NCBI GenBank assembly: GCA_030704615.1
Contig: CM060731.1
Span: forward strand, 66,402,001-66,466,000
DNA length: 64,000 nt
Source of the DNA: Takakia lepidozioides
Lineage: Eukaryota; Plantae; Bryophyta
Direction of reading: 5' to 3'
Below the pieces are notes generated by a model, which made no database searches, had not been told where the DNA came from, and saw nothing but the letters and a program-made list of their open reading frames with translations. Below are positions 26,901 to 39,960 of the stretch, piece by piece; the first letter of the stretch is position 1, and every line of letters begins with the position of its first letter. A program made the translations under genes and the position numbers.

Positions 26901-29900
26901 CAGTAGCTCTAGTGCATAGAGAAGATACTAAAAGGTAGCTGACCTGCCTTTCAATCAAGTTGTCTTCATTGCGGCGTACAGCCAGCTGTGCCATGCAGCA
27001 AAATAGGATGGCTTCACAGGATGGCTTCACAGGATGGCAAGATGAGTGCATTTTATTGTTCATGACTGGACTCACTTAAGAGAATGTACTAATAAGATGT
27101 TTGCCACAGCTCTGTGGCCAATGAGAGAGAGGAAGACGAGGGAGAGCAAAGCAGCAAGGTACCATAGGGTAGGAGCTTGACAAAGGTCAAAACAAGAGAG
27201 ATGGCCTACCACTGCTGGAATGTCAAGACCACGGGCAGCCACGTCGGTGCAAAGAAGGATGCCCTTTTCGGCATTGCAGAATTCAAAGTAGGTTGAGGTT
27301 CGCTTTTGCTGCTTCTGTTTCCCATGGATGTCGAGGCAGGGGATGTCAATGTAGTTGAGCATCTCACTGTGGAATTTGACTGAGTTACATGATGAAAAGA
27401 ACACCATTATCTGTTAACGATCCAGGCCAATATCCAATTAGTGGTATCTCTTACTACCAATTCACTTATATGACGTGACGCACATTCGGGCCATTAGTAG
27501 TACAATTCCACAGTGGAAGTAACTTTATACCATATTCATAGGGTATTGTCTGAAACCTCTCGACCTGCCCTACAAACTCAACTTGTGTTTGGGACCAAAT
27601 AGAGGGAAGCTAAATCTCACAAAAGGGCATCATTGTCTTCACTAGCCTTCAGGACATCCATCGCAGTTCCGAGTCAATTTGTCACCTTACTAGCCGGGAA
27701 GAGAAAGGCTCTAACGCCAAAATGCTCCAAAATGTTGCAGTATGAAACTGCCATACAGTAGTAGTCCATGGCAAGGTCAGTACGTTAGGCTTACACAACC
27801 CACCTTCTTCTTTAGGTTCTTTTTCAAGAAAGTGAACAGGAGGAGAAAGCGTTGTGTGCTCGACACCACACAATAGCCTTGCTCCAAGCCTTCCACTGTG
27901 GCCTGCCCTCCACAACAGACCCCAATGATAAATGTACAGAGAAAGATACCAAGCGAGAGAGCAAGAGCTATAGCCACCTACATGCCACCTTAATTGTACA
28001 ATTCATATGCTTTCTGGCATAACTCAATACCAGCCATTGAATTAGCTACCATGCAACCCTGTAGCCAGATTTTCATTGGATCACTTTCATAGCCTGGGGA
28101 GTCAAAAACCAGACATGCTACAGCAGGAGTAGTATGCTGCATAGTGTGCCCCTTAAAGGGGATGCCACAGTCAATTCCTGTGCAAAGAATGGAAGCCAAT
28201 GCAAAGTCTTATATCTTCTAACCTTCGCAAACGTAAAATGAGGTTAGTTCGATGACTGCAAAATTTAAGGCAATCTAACATTGCGAGAACTAGATTAGAT
28301 GCGACTTACTTTACATATATCAAGAGTAGGCAATAATACACTACCTTGGATCTGCCATCGTCAACACCAATGTATAAGGGTGCACTTTTGAAGGACACGC
28401 GTGCCAGATCCTCAACCTGCATCAATTCAATCGTATATCAATATTTATTGGACTCAACACGACTTGCACGTAGACCAGTCATGCTATTATTAAGGAAAGG
28501 ATCTGTTCCATCCTCGACAGACACATGGCTTTACAAATTGGTGATGGAGGCAAATTCCTATCGAGTCCTGCAAAATCTATAATTAAACTTCAAGAAAAGG
28601 ATGTCACCTCCCTGTTTCTCACACTGATTCAAGTAAAAAGATGTACCTTTGTGGTCTGTGTAGCAGAGAAAAGCACAGTTTGTCGCTCCTGCATTGTAGT
28701 CAAACTTGTCTCAGACCCTCTGTGTATGCTAAAGAAAGAATGTAAGTTCTCTTAGTGGTTAGGCCACTTAGTATCTTTGAGCTCAAGATCTGGAACCAAC
28801 CAGACAGATTAAACCAGCCATAAATTATCAGAAGTCTTGGCTTGCGGCCTATGCCGGAGGCTCTGTGACCCATCCTTGAGCAGAGGCATCGCCTAGTCAA
28901 AGAAAGTACCTGGGGACTATACAGCTTATAGGGGAAAGGAACTATTTAAATGCACTGCTTGGGTTCAGTGTCATCGTTCTTTTATTGATGTTACAGGAGT
29001 TTCTGAAAGCAGTGCTGTATCTCAAGCCATCATTTGATGAGACTCTGAACGAAATCCTGTCAAAGGTTACTGTGCTGGAGTAAGAACCACTGAAGGTATG
29101 AAGACATGTCTTCCAACACAAGGTCATCTCATAGTAAAAGTTGAGGCAAGGTCACAAATTGATTGCCTTTGGAAGAAGCTTGATAATCTGTTTCATTTCC
29201 TCCTCAAACCCTATCTCCAAAATGCGGTCCGCTTCATCAATGACCAGACACTGTCCAACCCTAGTCAAAGAAAGTACCTGGGGACTATACAGCTTATAGG
29301 GGAAAGGAACTATTTAAATGCACTGCTTGGGTTCAGTGTCATCGTTCTGTTATTGATGTTACAGGAGTTTCTGAAAGCAGTGCTGTATCTCAAGCCATCA
29401 TTTGATGAGACTCTGAACGAAATCCTGTCAAAGGTTACTGTGCTGGAGTAAAAACCACTGAAGGTATGAAGACATGTCTCCCAACACAAGGTCATCTCAT
29501 AGTAAAAGTTAAGGCAAGGTCACAAATTGATTGCCTTTGGAAGAAGCTTGATAATCTGTTTCATTTCCTCCTCAAACCCTATCTCCAAAATGCGGTCCGC
29601 TTCATCAATGACCAGACACTGTCCAACCCCGACATACAAGCAGAAATCTGTCAGTACACTTTGGGCCAACGGATGCAAACACTGCTGGAATGGACTGCAT
29701 AAGGTAATGGCCTAGCAGTTAAAGAGACTCTCTCTCTCTCTCTCTCTCTGGCCACAAGGCTGCCCAACGTCTTATGAGTACATTCTCTCTCCAGCATCTC
29801 TTCAGCTGTGCTGAAACTGGGCATGAAGCCTATGGCTACAGGCCTCTGCCAAGTACAATTAGATCCTGCTTCAAAGACATCACCACAACTACCTCCATGA

Positions 29901-31701
29901 TAATCTCTTCAAATCAGTTTCGTCTCTGCTCAACCACAGGCCTTCATTACTCACATATTAAAGCAAAGAAATGGCACTAAGACATTATTTGGCACCTGGC
30001 TGGACACCAACCATGAAGCGAACAGACAAACCTTCAGATTTTTGTAAAGAAAACCTTTGGTATTTTGAAGATGATCCAAGAGGCGACCAGGTGTGGCTAC
30101 CACAAGATTCACACCCTTGGCCAGCTTCTCAGCTTCTGTGCGCCTGTTGGCTCCGCCCATGACAATGCCATGAGTTTGCTTGTGGTATTTCAAAACATCC
30201 CTTGCAACCCCATATATCTGCACCATGATATCTTTCTTTTCTCAGTATCAAGATTTTTTTTTGTAAACTCCCATTTTATTTTCCATACTCTTCGAGCCTT
30301 GAAGATGCAGTCAAAAGCTCTTGGTCACTTCAGACTGTCTTCACAACTGGTCTGACTAAACAATGCTGATTGGCTAGTTCACTGGCACAAACATGGAGTC
30401 CAACCTGCATGGCAAGCTCACGAGTGGGGGAGATAATGATGACGCCAGTGCCATTGCGAGGCATGAAGTGTGCATGGTATAGCAGTTCTGCTGCTGGCAC
30501 CAAGAACGCGAGAGTCTTCCCAGACCCAGTGCGAGCTGCCCCCAGCACATCCCGTCCAGTAAGCAGCTGGGGGATGGACCGTGCCTGGATCTGCAAGAAC
30601 CCTACAGATCCGTCAGAAATAGTCCAAGTTTGGCATTGAGAGTGAGCCACATGCTCTGACCCGATGATTCACGAGGGGTGTGCGATATAACTGTCACGGC
30701 ATTTCTCACCTGCTTTCTTGGTTCAGTACAGCATGAGATAGTAGCTACTCCACTAGTGGACTTCACACGTTAACTGTATCCCACACCGCAACCAAGGTCA
30801 AATCTCCACCTTGGTTTTGACTGAATCATAGTAATAGATTCCTGGGAGCTCTGGCTGCAGTTCCTTAACAAGCCACATCTGTTCTCACCGAAAAAATTGG
30901 TTGAATTTGCAAAATTTGAGAGCAAAGTAATTCTGCTGTCTTTGTCTACATGCAACTGCAACCTCATCAACTAGCTAGTTTATTCTACATACTGCAGTCC
31001 TGTCAACAATCATGGGTTTCGTACCAACGTACTACAAACCAACTCAGAAGGACACATTCCAGCTTCGGACGCCTATTCTGATTGTAATGCAGTACCTCAG
31101 TCATATGAGTAAATCCAGTGTCGAGGATTGCATTCTTCGTCGGTTCTGAAACAGGCAAGTTCTCAAACGCGGTGCTACTCATGATCCCACCAACCTCAAC
31201 TGTGCCCCCATCCAGCATCTCCATCTCGAACTTCACCTTCTTTCGCTTCTTTCTGCTGTCAGTGGAACGCTGTTCTAAATCCTCTAACCCCTCCTCCTTA
31301 CCATCTGCATCTTCCATATCACCCAATCTTTGTTGCTGAGGCTCCGAGCTCTCGACCTCTTTGTCTCCGTTGCCTTCCTCTCCCTCTCCTCCAACAAGCT
31401 CATCGTCCCTCTCACTAACGTCCCCTTCCACATCCGAAACCCTAATTTCATCATCCTCTAATTGTGCTTCCGAAATAACAACCTCCGGCAATGCCGGCCT
31501 CTTCCTTGTCTTCTTTGTCACCTTCCCATTGGAAGAAGGGCTCAACCGAGAGACGCCATCCGAAATCCTTGGTTTGCCACTTACCTTGTCAATCGACCCC
31601 TTCTTTAGCTGTTTGGGAGACGCAGAGTGGGAATGGAAGGCAGCTAAGGTCTTCTTCTTGTGCGGGCTCGTGGAATTCTCGGCCTGCCGAAGAGCACCCA
31701 T
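23949..31701 (-). CDS. HAS1: DEAD-box ATP-dependent RNA helicase HAS1/DDX18 (plant RH27/RH51 type)
   Basis: Exons approx 31096-31701, 30405-30590, 30032-30217, 29535-29618 (duplicate 29167-29250), 28647-28688, 28345-28416, 27804-27902, 27210-27410, 26502-26540, 25777-25881, 25480-25548, 24896-25021, 23949-24146. Motifs [44 protein letters not shown], and a HAS1-like C-terminus ([20 protein letters not shown]). Confidence 0.95.
25966..26427 (-). mobile_element. Two 5'-truncated LINE 3' ends in tandem in a helicase intron
   Basis: Copies 25966-26100 and 26112-26427 both end ...CTTATGAGTACATTC; 11-bp repeat CAGCTAGCAAA at 25955, 26101 and 26428; longer copy encodes an ORF2-like C-terminus ([16 protein letters not shown]...[13 protein letters not shown]). 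Confidence 0.8.
26460..26664 (-). repeat. Tandem duplication (about 100 bp) of the helicase [13 protein letters not shown] exon
   Basis: Intact copy 26502-26540; second copy 26607-26638 lacks 7 nt but keeps AG and GT. Confidence 0.9.
27080..27121 (-). repeat. Short diverged LINE 3'-end fragment
   Basis: Minus strand TGGCCACAGAGCTGTGGCAAACATCTTATTAGTACATTCTC, next to a GA run. Confidence 0.6.
28892..29628 (-). repeat. Near-identical 368-bp tandem duplication containing the DEAD-motif exon
   Basis: CTAGTCAAAGAAAGTACC at 28893 and 29261; exon [28 protein letters not shown] present twice. Confidence 0.95.
29729..29790 (+). repeat. (CT)n plus LINE 3'-end fragment
   Basis: (CT)n followed by GGCCACAAGGCTGCCCAACGTCTTATGAGTACATTCTCTCT. 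Confidence 0.7.
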
Positions 31702-32012
31702 ACCTGTCTCTCTTCCCCAGCCACCTTGCCTGCATCACCAGAGTTCTCTCGTACAACAGAATTCCTACTCCTTTTGCCAGAAACCCTACAATGCCAGCGG
31801 ACGGATGTGGATGTGGATCGACGGACAGCTCGTTTCTCTGGACAGACTCCGTCGGGGCGCCACCCCTCGGCAGACACTAGAGGGATGCCCGGGCAAAAAC
31901 TGCCCGCCCTGCAACGTACTCCACGCCACGTTGGCGCACATCCCTCGCCCTCCTCCCTCCCCCTTGACTCCCTGCTTCTCAGCGCCACGCGGGCACAAGG
32001 CTGCCTGTGGAC

Positions 32013-32624
32013 CAGTGTTGGACTGGTATACCGATAAGAAACTGGTATCAAGACTGGTATGTATATTGATATGAAGTACCAAACCAATCTGGTATCACCT
32101 CAGGCCACTACCTAGCATATACCCATATTGGCCTGGTATGTGCTCCCTAGTACTGTGGACGATACCTACCAGTCTGGTAGGTGGTTGAAAATCTGGTACT
32201 TGATACCAGTACCAGGTCCATTTTACCTAGATATCAATATCGAGGGCGCAGTATGCACTATGCACGATATGGATGCAGCTTTCAATAAGCAAAATAAAAA
32301 TCAGGCCGGAAGATGAAATATGTGAAGCTGGATACTTTGAGGAATAATATCAGTGAGAAGCATGCTTGTACACATTTATATGAGAAGTGATAGTTTTTTT
32401 CTTATACCAGACCAGTATTGATATTACCCTGGTATCGATTTCTAAAAACTCTTGCTATTGATACCCGTAAAACACCACACTAATCATGTATTATTGATAC
32501 CACCATGGTATCAAAATCTTAGATTTTTGCCAATACCAGTACCTCCCTGGTATCACAATTGGCCGGAGGCCTATGTACATGTACCAGTCCGGTGTGCTCA
32601 AAATACGATACCAGTCCAACACTG
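32013..32624. mobile_element. hAT MITE (same family as 10172-10664) about 310 bp upstream of the helicase ATG
   Basis: TIR CAGTGTTGGACTGGTAT / ATACCAGTCCAACACTG; TSD CTGTGGAC / TTGTGGAC (1 mismatch). Confidence 0.88.
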
Positions 32625-32736
32625 TTGTGGACCCGCCTGCCCCAAGCCTTCCCTGCCCACACCTTGCCACGTCCTCACCTCCTTATCGGCCATGTCACCC
32701 TCCTGACAGCTTGCTGCACGACCAGCTCTCCTAAGT

Positions 32737-32820
32737 ATACACTTTTCCATACCCTGTCTAAAAGAATATGGCTAAACCAGATTGAGCCATATCTTGTAGA
32801 CAGGGTATGGAAAAGTATAG
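32737..32820. repeat. Short foldback hairpin (micro-MITE-like)
   Basis: ACTTTTCCATACCCTGTCTA...ATATGGCT loop AGCCATAT...TAGACAGGGTATGGAAAAGT. Confidence 0.75.
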
Positions 32821-32916
32821 AACACTATTCCTATATATCATTTTAGGAAAATATGGAAGTGTTTTCTCTGTTTTTATTTGGGGGACTGTATTTTTAGTAT
32901 AAGTGGATGGTTGCCA

Positions 32917-34461
32917 GGTTTAAGAGTATGGTGTCATACATTATTTGAAAAAATAATGACAAAACATATAAAAATTAAAACATGGATGTATTGCACTACA
33001 TTCATCCATTTTAAAATATCATCCATACATGTTATAGGCATGAACTTGCTACACATGTACCCTAACAATTGAGCATATGTATCCATGTGTGAATCGTAGT
33101 TGTAATACATTATTTATAGGCTTATATATATATTTATATTAGTACATACATAGTCATAACTCTATTGACGAATATTCATATTCATGAAGTACAAATAATA
33201 TGTCTAAGAATGTCGTTTAAAGTGGGTTCGTATTCTTGTGGATATCCAAATTTCATCTCATGTACTTACAAAAATCAATGATATATTTTGGTATATTAAG
33301 CTATGCACATATGCGAATAGTGGGTTTAGAAATTTCATTTAAGTGGACTAGTACTATAGGAGATCCCCATATTTACATCTCAAACATTAATCCATATCCA
33401 TATGCAAATATATGCAAAATATGATTGGGGAGTGTCATCTAAGTGGGCTAGTATTGTATTGCATGATGAATTTTGCCTTAGAAATGTCATTTAAGTAGGC
33501 CAGTATTACACTACATGTTGATATTTCATACATAATGTCAAAAGTGTACAACACATTTGCACACATTCAGCCATACACATATGTGGAAGTAGGCAAAAAT
33601 TGCCTTAGGAATCTCATCTAAGTGGGGTTAATGTTACATTGGATGTCAACATTCCATACATATAACAATATATGACATAGTTTAGTGGATGTTAAGTGTA
33701 CATCTATAAGTTCATAATGGATACACATTTGTGTAAGTGTATAGCTTATGTTGAATATACATTGTTGTAACAATGTGCAAGAATACATATATTACACAAT
33801 GTTTCATCACACAGTGTCTCCTCATAACTAAGTTAGAGATTATTTGAAAACAAAACAAAAGTGAATCTCGTAAAAAATGCATGAATATTTTATTTCATCG
33901 GCAAAGTATGGTCACAATTCCGATATGACACGATGATATCATCTTTTTCAACACGTGTATTTGTATAACACTCTATTTTGGTTTGACCGTGAGAGCATTA
34001 CATATGATGGGCGTTTAGCTTGCAGCCGAGCTTCGTGTCTATCACCATCTTCAGAGGGATTAATGAATGTCTCATTTGAAAAAATCGTCGTCATCCTCCA
34101 TATTCAGATCTTAAACCCTATACCCCTAAACCCCACATTCACCTACATGTATATTAAGCGGGACTCTATGATGTAAAGAACTTGTTAGTCCAAGTATGTT
34201 AAGTGAGAATGTAACTTTGAGATGATAATGTTTGACAAATGTGTCAAAGCAAATTGTGAATCGAAGTTCAAATGCATCAAGGTCAAGAAGAAGGCACAAA
34301 GACAAATGACGGTTCTCTTAGGGATGTATCAACTTCATGCCAATAATATGTATGAATGATATTTTAAAATAGATGAATGTAGTGCAATCCATCCATATTT
34401 TAATTTGTATATAATTTGTCATTATTTTTTCAAATAATATATGACACCACACTCTTAAACC
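32917..34461. mobile_element. AT-rich non-autonomous element with about 115-bp TIRs (MULE/foldback-like)
   Basis: 32917-33030 is an imperfect reverse complement of 34348-34461; TSD not resolved. Confidence 0.7.
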
Positions 34462-36057
34462 CAAACAACGTTTTTTTTTTTTCATTTAAAAATTTGAGCC
34501 ACGTTGGCACCTGCGTGGCTTACGAGGAAGACCAATTGGCAACTCCAAAGCATGTGATGTAGAATTAGTGGCTATTGTCAAGAATATTTGATCAGTTTTA
34601 TGCGAACTCCATTCAGGCAGTGTACTGTTTGTGGGAGCGACAAGGGATGAAATTTTCTCTACGTATTGGCAACACAGCATATTGCAAAGCATGCTCTTGA
34701 GCGAAAATGCCCTGTGCAACCTACCTATTCACCAATCTGAGAGGCCAGCGACAGTGTAGCCTAGCCACTACGTGACCACCCTTGAGAGTTTTGGGTTTCA
34801 AAATCCAAGAGCCAGCTTTAATCTCATGCTAGTTTTCCTTGTGAAGTAAATATACAGTCACAAGTATATTTGGGTAGGTATTGCTTCAAGATCAAGGGCA
34901 GAAGCATCCCGCTTTGTTTTGGAGGAAGGCCAGCCAGACAACCTTGGTGCCTTTTGTACAAGGCTGAAGACTTTCAGCGGGCTTGGCATTCCAGACGACT
35001 TCCGGCCAGAAGGACCATTGACAGTGGCGATTCGTGTGACTCCAGTGGTGTTTGGTTCCAATGAAGGTACCACAGCTCTTCTGGCAACAACAAGCGATTC
35101 ATTTGTGGGCTCATGGATTTTCCTGGAGGATCTATTGAACTTGTCTCCAGGGAAGGAGATAGAAGTACTATTGCTCAAATTTCAAAACATTTTCAACTAT
35201 CTCCTTCCACATGTTTCGCTCTCTCCTTCTACTCCCATATGAATCACTGGGGTTTGGGGGCTCGCTTGTCTCTATCTTCCAGCCCCCTGCTCGCACAACT
35301 TGCAAGAAGGATACTCCTCAGATATGTGGGTCCACCAGAAAACCTACTAGATTAACCTGTAATTGGTGGCATGATTGGAGAGATCATAATTGATTGATTT
35401 TGTGAATACCGTGTCTCAATTGTTCACTCTGCTGCATGTGAATAGTGAGTTTGAGTTTGCACTCTAGTTTGCAGATAAGTAGTCCAATACATCCGATAGT
35501 AGAAAGCCCTAAAGAGCACCACCGCCGACATCCGGCAGTACCCAATATACTCTGGCTGAATCTACCAGACTCTTCTCTCTCACACACGTACAAAGATCTT
35601 AGAAAAACAAATAGTGTGGACTGCAATGACATTTGCAAATCCTATCCGGACTGGTCCAAATGAATGCCAGACTCCAGAAGGTGACCATGACTATATATTG
35701 TTAATTACCCACACCAAAGTACACTTGCACTAATCCAATTTGGTCCAAGTTCAACAACTTGCTTGAAGCCTCATGTGCCCCAAAATCATACCATCAGCCA
35801 TAGAACTCCATAAGTCTGTCATGCACGGATAGTGTGTCACAGGCAAGTCTGTGGGAGCGGGGTTAGAATTTGTAGACCAAAGCAAAAGAGTGATAAATCA
35901 CAGCAAATGATCATGTACATGAAATCAACATAAACAAGAAATTCAAGAAGGAACATAACCCAGATCTGTCACTGAGTCATTTGTGGCAAGACATTAAGTC
36001 CCCTTACATCTGCAATTACACTTAAGCATATAATCCCTTGCGCACACGAGTTGCCCT

Positions 36058-36738
36058 CTAATGCTCAATGACAGTAGCAAAAGGGAAAGTGTCAAGTGAG
36101 TAAAATTGTTGAGAAAACATACGGATAACCAAATCTAAATGCGAAGTAAGCCTATTGCGAAGCTTGGATTTCATAAAACTCAGTGTACTAAAAGTGCGTT
36201 CATCCTCCACATATCCGATCACCTGCACAACAACAATTTCCGCAAGTTTGATATACTCTGGAATTCTGTGTACCACAATCTGGCAAGCTGTCAACGTCCT
36301 CCATAACTTGTTTAGGGGATTCATATTGTGGGGGGAGCCATGGCAGCTATAGCATTGTTCTGCATTGTCAAAATGAAGGTCAACCGTTGCATATCAAGAG
36401 CCCCGGACTCGAGGAGAGGGACAATCCACTGTTCCGCTGCTCCCATCCTCTTAGGGCCACAATAAGCAGCCTTGATGGTGTTCAAATGAGTTGTGAAAGT
36501 CGCCTCAGGGTCGCCATTCAGCCAGTATTGGGGATATACTATCCCAAGAGCATCCATAAAAGCTTGAGCAGAAAGCGAGCTTCAAGCTCCTCAATCAGCC
36601 ACTGTGTTGCAAGCTTTCCTTGTGCCTTCACAAGAACAATGGCTCTATCATAGACATCTTGAGTGACATAACGACTTTCTCCAGTAATCGGATCTTGATG
36701 TTTGGCCCAGATATGTTTCCCATTGAAGTCAAACCCTA
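36058..36738 (-). pseudogene. hAT (ZNF862-like) transposase, C-terminal part with dimerisation domain
   Basis: GFDFNGKHIWAKH, MDALGIVYPQYW, KLAEIVVVQVIG.VEDERTFSTLSFMKSKLRNRL; frameshifted. Confidence 0.85.
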
Positions 36739-37588
36739 GGGTACATGCACGCTAAGGTGGACCAAAAATGGCGGATGATGTCTCCATGGAAGTCCATCCA
36801 AGTTTGAAAAAATTGGGCCCCATCAGATGTGGCGCGGCGCCATTGGCCGTGATAATAAAAAATAAAATTCAAAATGAAGGCTGAAAATGGCGGGATCACC
36901 GGTTGGAAACCGCCGATCGGCGGTTTTAGCCAATCTTGTCGAAACGAGTGGCCCACATGACCGGAGCCACCGGCTTCCTCTCCTTCCGTTCTCCCGCCTA
37001 CTATGTGTGCGTTCTCCCGCCTCGAGCTCCTGTGCAGGGCTGTTCGTGCATCTGACTCGCACACTTCTAAGTGTACTGGCGTGCTCTGTGTGAAGGCAGG
37101 GTGATAGTAGGGATAGTAGTCAGTGTGCTTTTCCTTACTAGAGTACAGACGTGCAAGTTGCAGGATGTCATTGCCGCATCATGGTATACTTTATGTGAAG
37201 ATTACAAGGGAAAGTTTTGATAATGTCTACAACTTGCTCCATTTTGAGTGGTCTGTCTGGTGAGAAAGCAGTGAGGAAACGAGTAAAGGTAGAAGCGGGG
37301 ATTAAGGTGCAGTCGATTTATATTGCTCCCCCTGTGCACGGAACATCACCTGAGCTCATTTTTTATGGCAAGACTCTTGTCAATCGTGACATGTTTGCAA
37401 AGAAATACAATCTTTGCAATGAAGGTGTACCTCCCAGGGGTTTAAAGATAGATAGAGATTGCACAGAGGTTGAAGTTGCTGAGCTCTTTGGGCCTTTACT
37501 AAACAAAAACGGCTACAGTTACTTACACGATCCAGGAAACATTGAGCTCATAACTAGGGTGGAAGAAATATGGATGATAGCGCATCAA

Positions 37589-39459
37589 GAGCGTTGCCAC
37601 GGCGTGAGCCTAGCCGCGCCCAAGAGCTCGGCTCACGCTGGCTAAGCGTGAGCCCAGGGTTTAGAGGAGGGAGAAACAAGTCCTATAACCGAGGATAGGG
37701 TTTAGAGGGGGTCCTATTACCGTGGAAGCGTATATTTTGGAAGAAGAGGTTAACACGGCAAAACTTCCAAACACGGCAAACACGACATATTGAGTCCCCT
37801 TTAGAAGCACGACGATCGACCCAATTCCCCTCAGCCCTAGTTTGTACCTTCTCCAGTATTTCTGGGATTTGGTGGGCTGGTACTACCATCATTTTAAACT
37901 CCCATCCCAAGCACTTCACGCAGCTGGTCCCACCCTCCACCAGCCCCAAGCACTCCACCTTGAAGACAAGCCCCAAGCCGCGATCCCACCTGGCCCCACT
38001 CTCACCAAGCCCCAACCTTTTGTGGTCACTGTTCCTATAAGTATACTCCTGCAGCAGCCACACCCACTAGTGAGTTGCTTTTCAACCCACCGACAATAGT
38101 AGAACTATCTAGAAAGTAGAACTATCTAGAAAGTCATCAGTGAACTAGGGGAGATGGCTATACCAACTTTGGCCTGCGAGTAGCGGGTTTAACGGGTTCG
38201 GGACCTAGCTGGCGGGTCCAGGTCCGGTTTTAAAATGAACCTGGGTCAGGGTCCGAGTTTTTGGTGATGGCGCGGATCCGGATCCGGATAGCTAACTCGG
38301 ATCCTAACCATGGTTTTTTTAGGGATTTTGACAACGGGTAGGAGTGGCTATATATATTGGGTGTAGGGTAGTGGCCCACTCTAGGTAATTTTCCTCGAAT
38401 TGGGAGGCTACATGTATTTCCACCCTTGCCATATTTTGCGAATCAAATGGATGTTGATGAGCAATAGAAGGTGAAGTACAGAAATAGTTGAAAGCCGTAT
38501 AGTTCTCGCAAAACTGGCGACGAGCATCTCCTTGATAAACGGAGGAGGCCCCACAATCCTAAACCCACTCCTCATCTGGCCCGTCAGATCATCCTACATG
38601 AGGCCCACCATGGCTACATATGTACTGCTCCCGTGGGTCCACAGACGATGACCTTTTTGAGACCCCCAATTTTTGGCAAAAATTGCCTTATTTGGACCTC
38701 TTTTTCCCTATGTTTCATTCGCCAAGGGGAGGCGGGCAAATGGCGAAAAATCGCCAATAAAAAAAACACTGACCCTAACCCGTCGGATACCCGGGGTGAA
38801 AATCCGGACCCGCACAACACTGTCGTCGATGTCGTCAATAATCATCCTAAAATCATGATCATGACAAAATTGAGTGTGTTGACGCACTCAGTTCTCGGGG
38901 GGGTGGGGAAGTTTTTTTTTTCCCCCCCAAAACCCGTCGGGTTACCCGGGTGAAAATCAGGACCCGCACCTGTCGTCGATGATCATCCTGAAATCATGAT
39001 CATGAAGAAATTGAGTGCGTTGACGCACTCAGTTCTCCCCGGGGGGGGGGGGGATTAGAAAATTAAATAAAAAATCTCATCCGCCTAATGCCCGCTTAAT
39101 TCCCAGCCATGTTTCCTTCCACGAACATGGCAGTTCGCTAAGGGTTAGGGTTAGGGTTTGAGGTTCCGATTTGCAGTTTTTTTCCTAGTTTGCCGTGTTT
39201 GCCATGTTTTTGCGGTAATGACGTCAGCTTAATTCCTTCACAAACATGGAGTACGCTAAGGGTTAGGGTTAGGGTTTGCCGTGTTTGCCGATTTGCCGTT
39301 TTGTTGTGTTTGTCGTGTTTCCGCAGTAATGGGTGCTCATCCGTTGAATTACACCCTGCATCTTCCCCATTCTCGTGCCACGTGGACTGGCCTCACGTCA
39401 GGCCCTTGGGCTCACAGGCTCTTGGGCTCGCGTGGCTAGGCTCACACTCTAGCGTCCCC
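37589..39459. mobile_element. Non-autonomous Mutator-like element
   Basis: 9-bp TSD GCGCATCAA (37580-37588, 39460-39468); G...C termini; imperfect TIR GTGAGCCTAGCC...CCCAAGAGC; inverted AACACGGCAAA/TTTGCCGTGTT blocks; internal about 155-bp tandem repeat 38780-39040. Confidence 0.75.
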
Positions 39460-39789
39460 GCGCATCAAAAGCATGTCGTCCCTGCTTCTCACCTTGTGAT
39501 CAAAGCCATTGCTCGCGGGATTGTATGTGAGAGGAAGAAGAGAAAGGTTAACTGGGCAGTTTTTGCAGAGTTCACGAATAGAGAGGCACTTCGACGAATC
39601 CAAAGCCAGGACGTTGTAGGAGTTGGAGACCTTAAGCGAGGTTTGTCTTTGGTTGAATCCGAGGAGGAAACATACATAGAGGTGGAGCGCGAGTTTTTGC
39701 CGCAATCAGACCTCCCTATCGGAACAAAGGAAAAATCGAGAAGGTCAGCTGGCTCGCAATCGGACGTGCCTCCAAAAATGAATCTGTTT

Positions 39790-39960
39790 GTGAGAGCCAC
39801 CACGAACACCCGCGACTCCCGGTGATGAGTCGCGGTGAGTCTTGGCCCACCCACCACGGCCCCTATGGACCGTGAGGAGTCCCAAGACTCCCCACGACTC
39901 CCACCACGAGGTCTCCGCCCCAGGGTGAGTCCTATGCCACCCCCACTAAGTCCCGCTAGG
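39790..39960 (+). mobile_element. Truncated LTR 5' end
   Basis: Starts TGTGAG; reverse-complement match to 52893-53055. Confidence 0.75.

Noticed and set aside
31118-32087. Long overlapping ORFs opposite and upstream of helicase exon 1
   Set aside because: Antisense or GC-rich artefacts that run into the MITE
34858-35242. ORFs on both strands suggesting a gene fragment
   Set aside because: No frame with a recognisable family; cannot be supported without a search
38780-39040. CRISPR-like repeat array
   Set aside because: Only two long tandem units with no unique spacers, in a eukaryotic TE context
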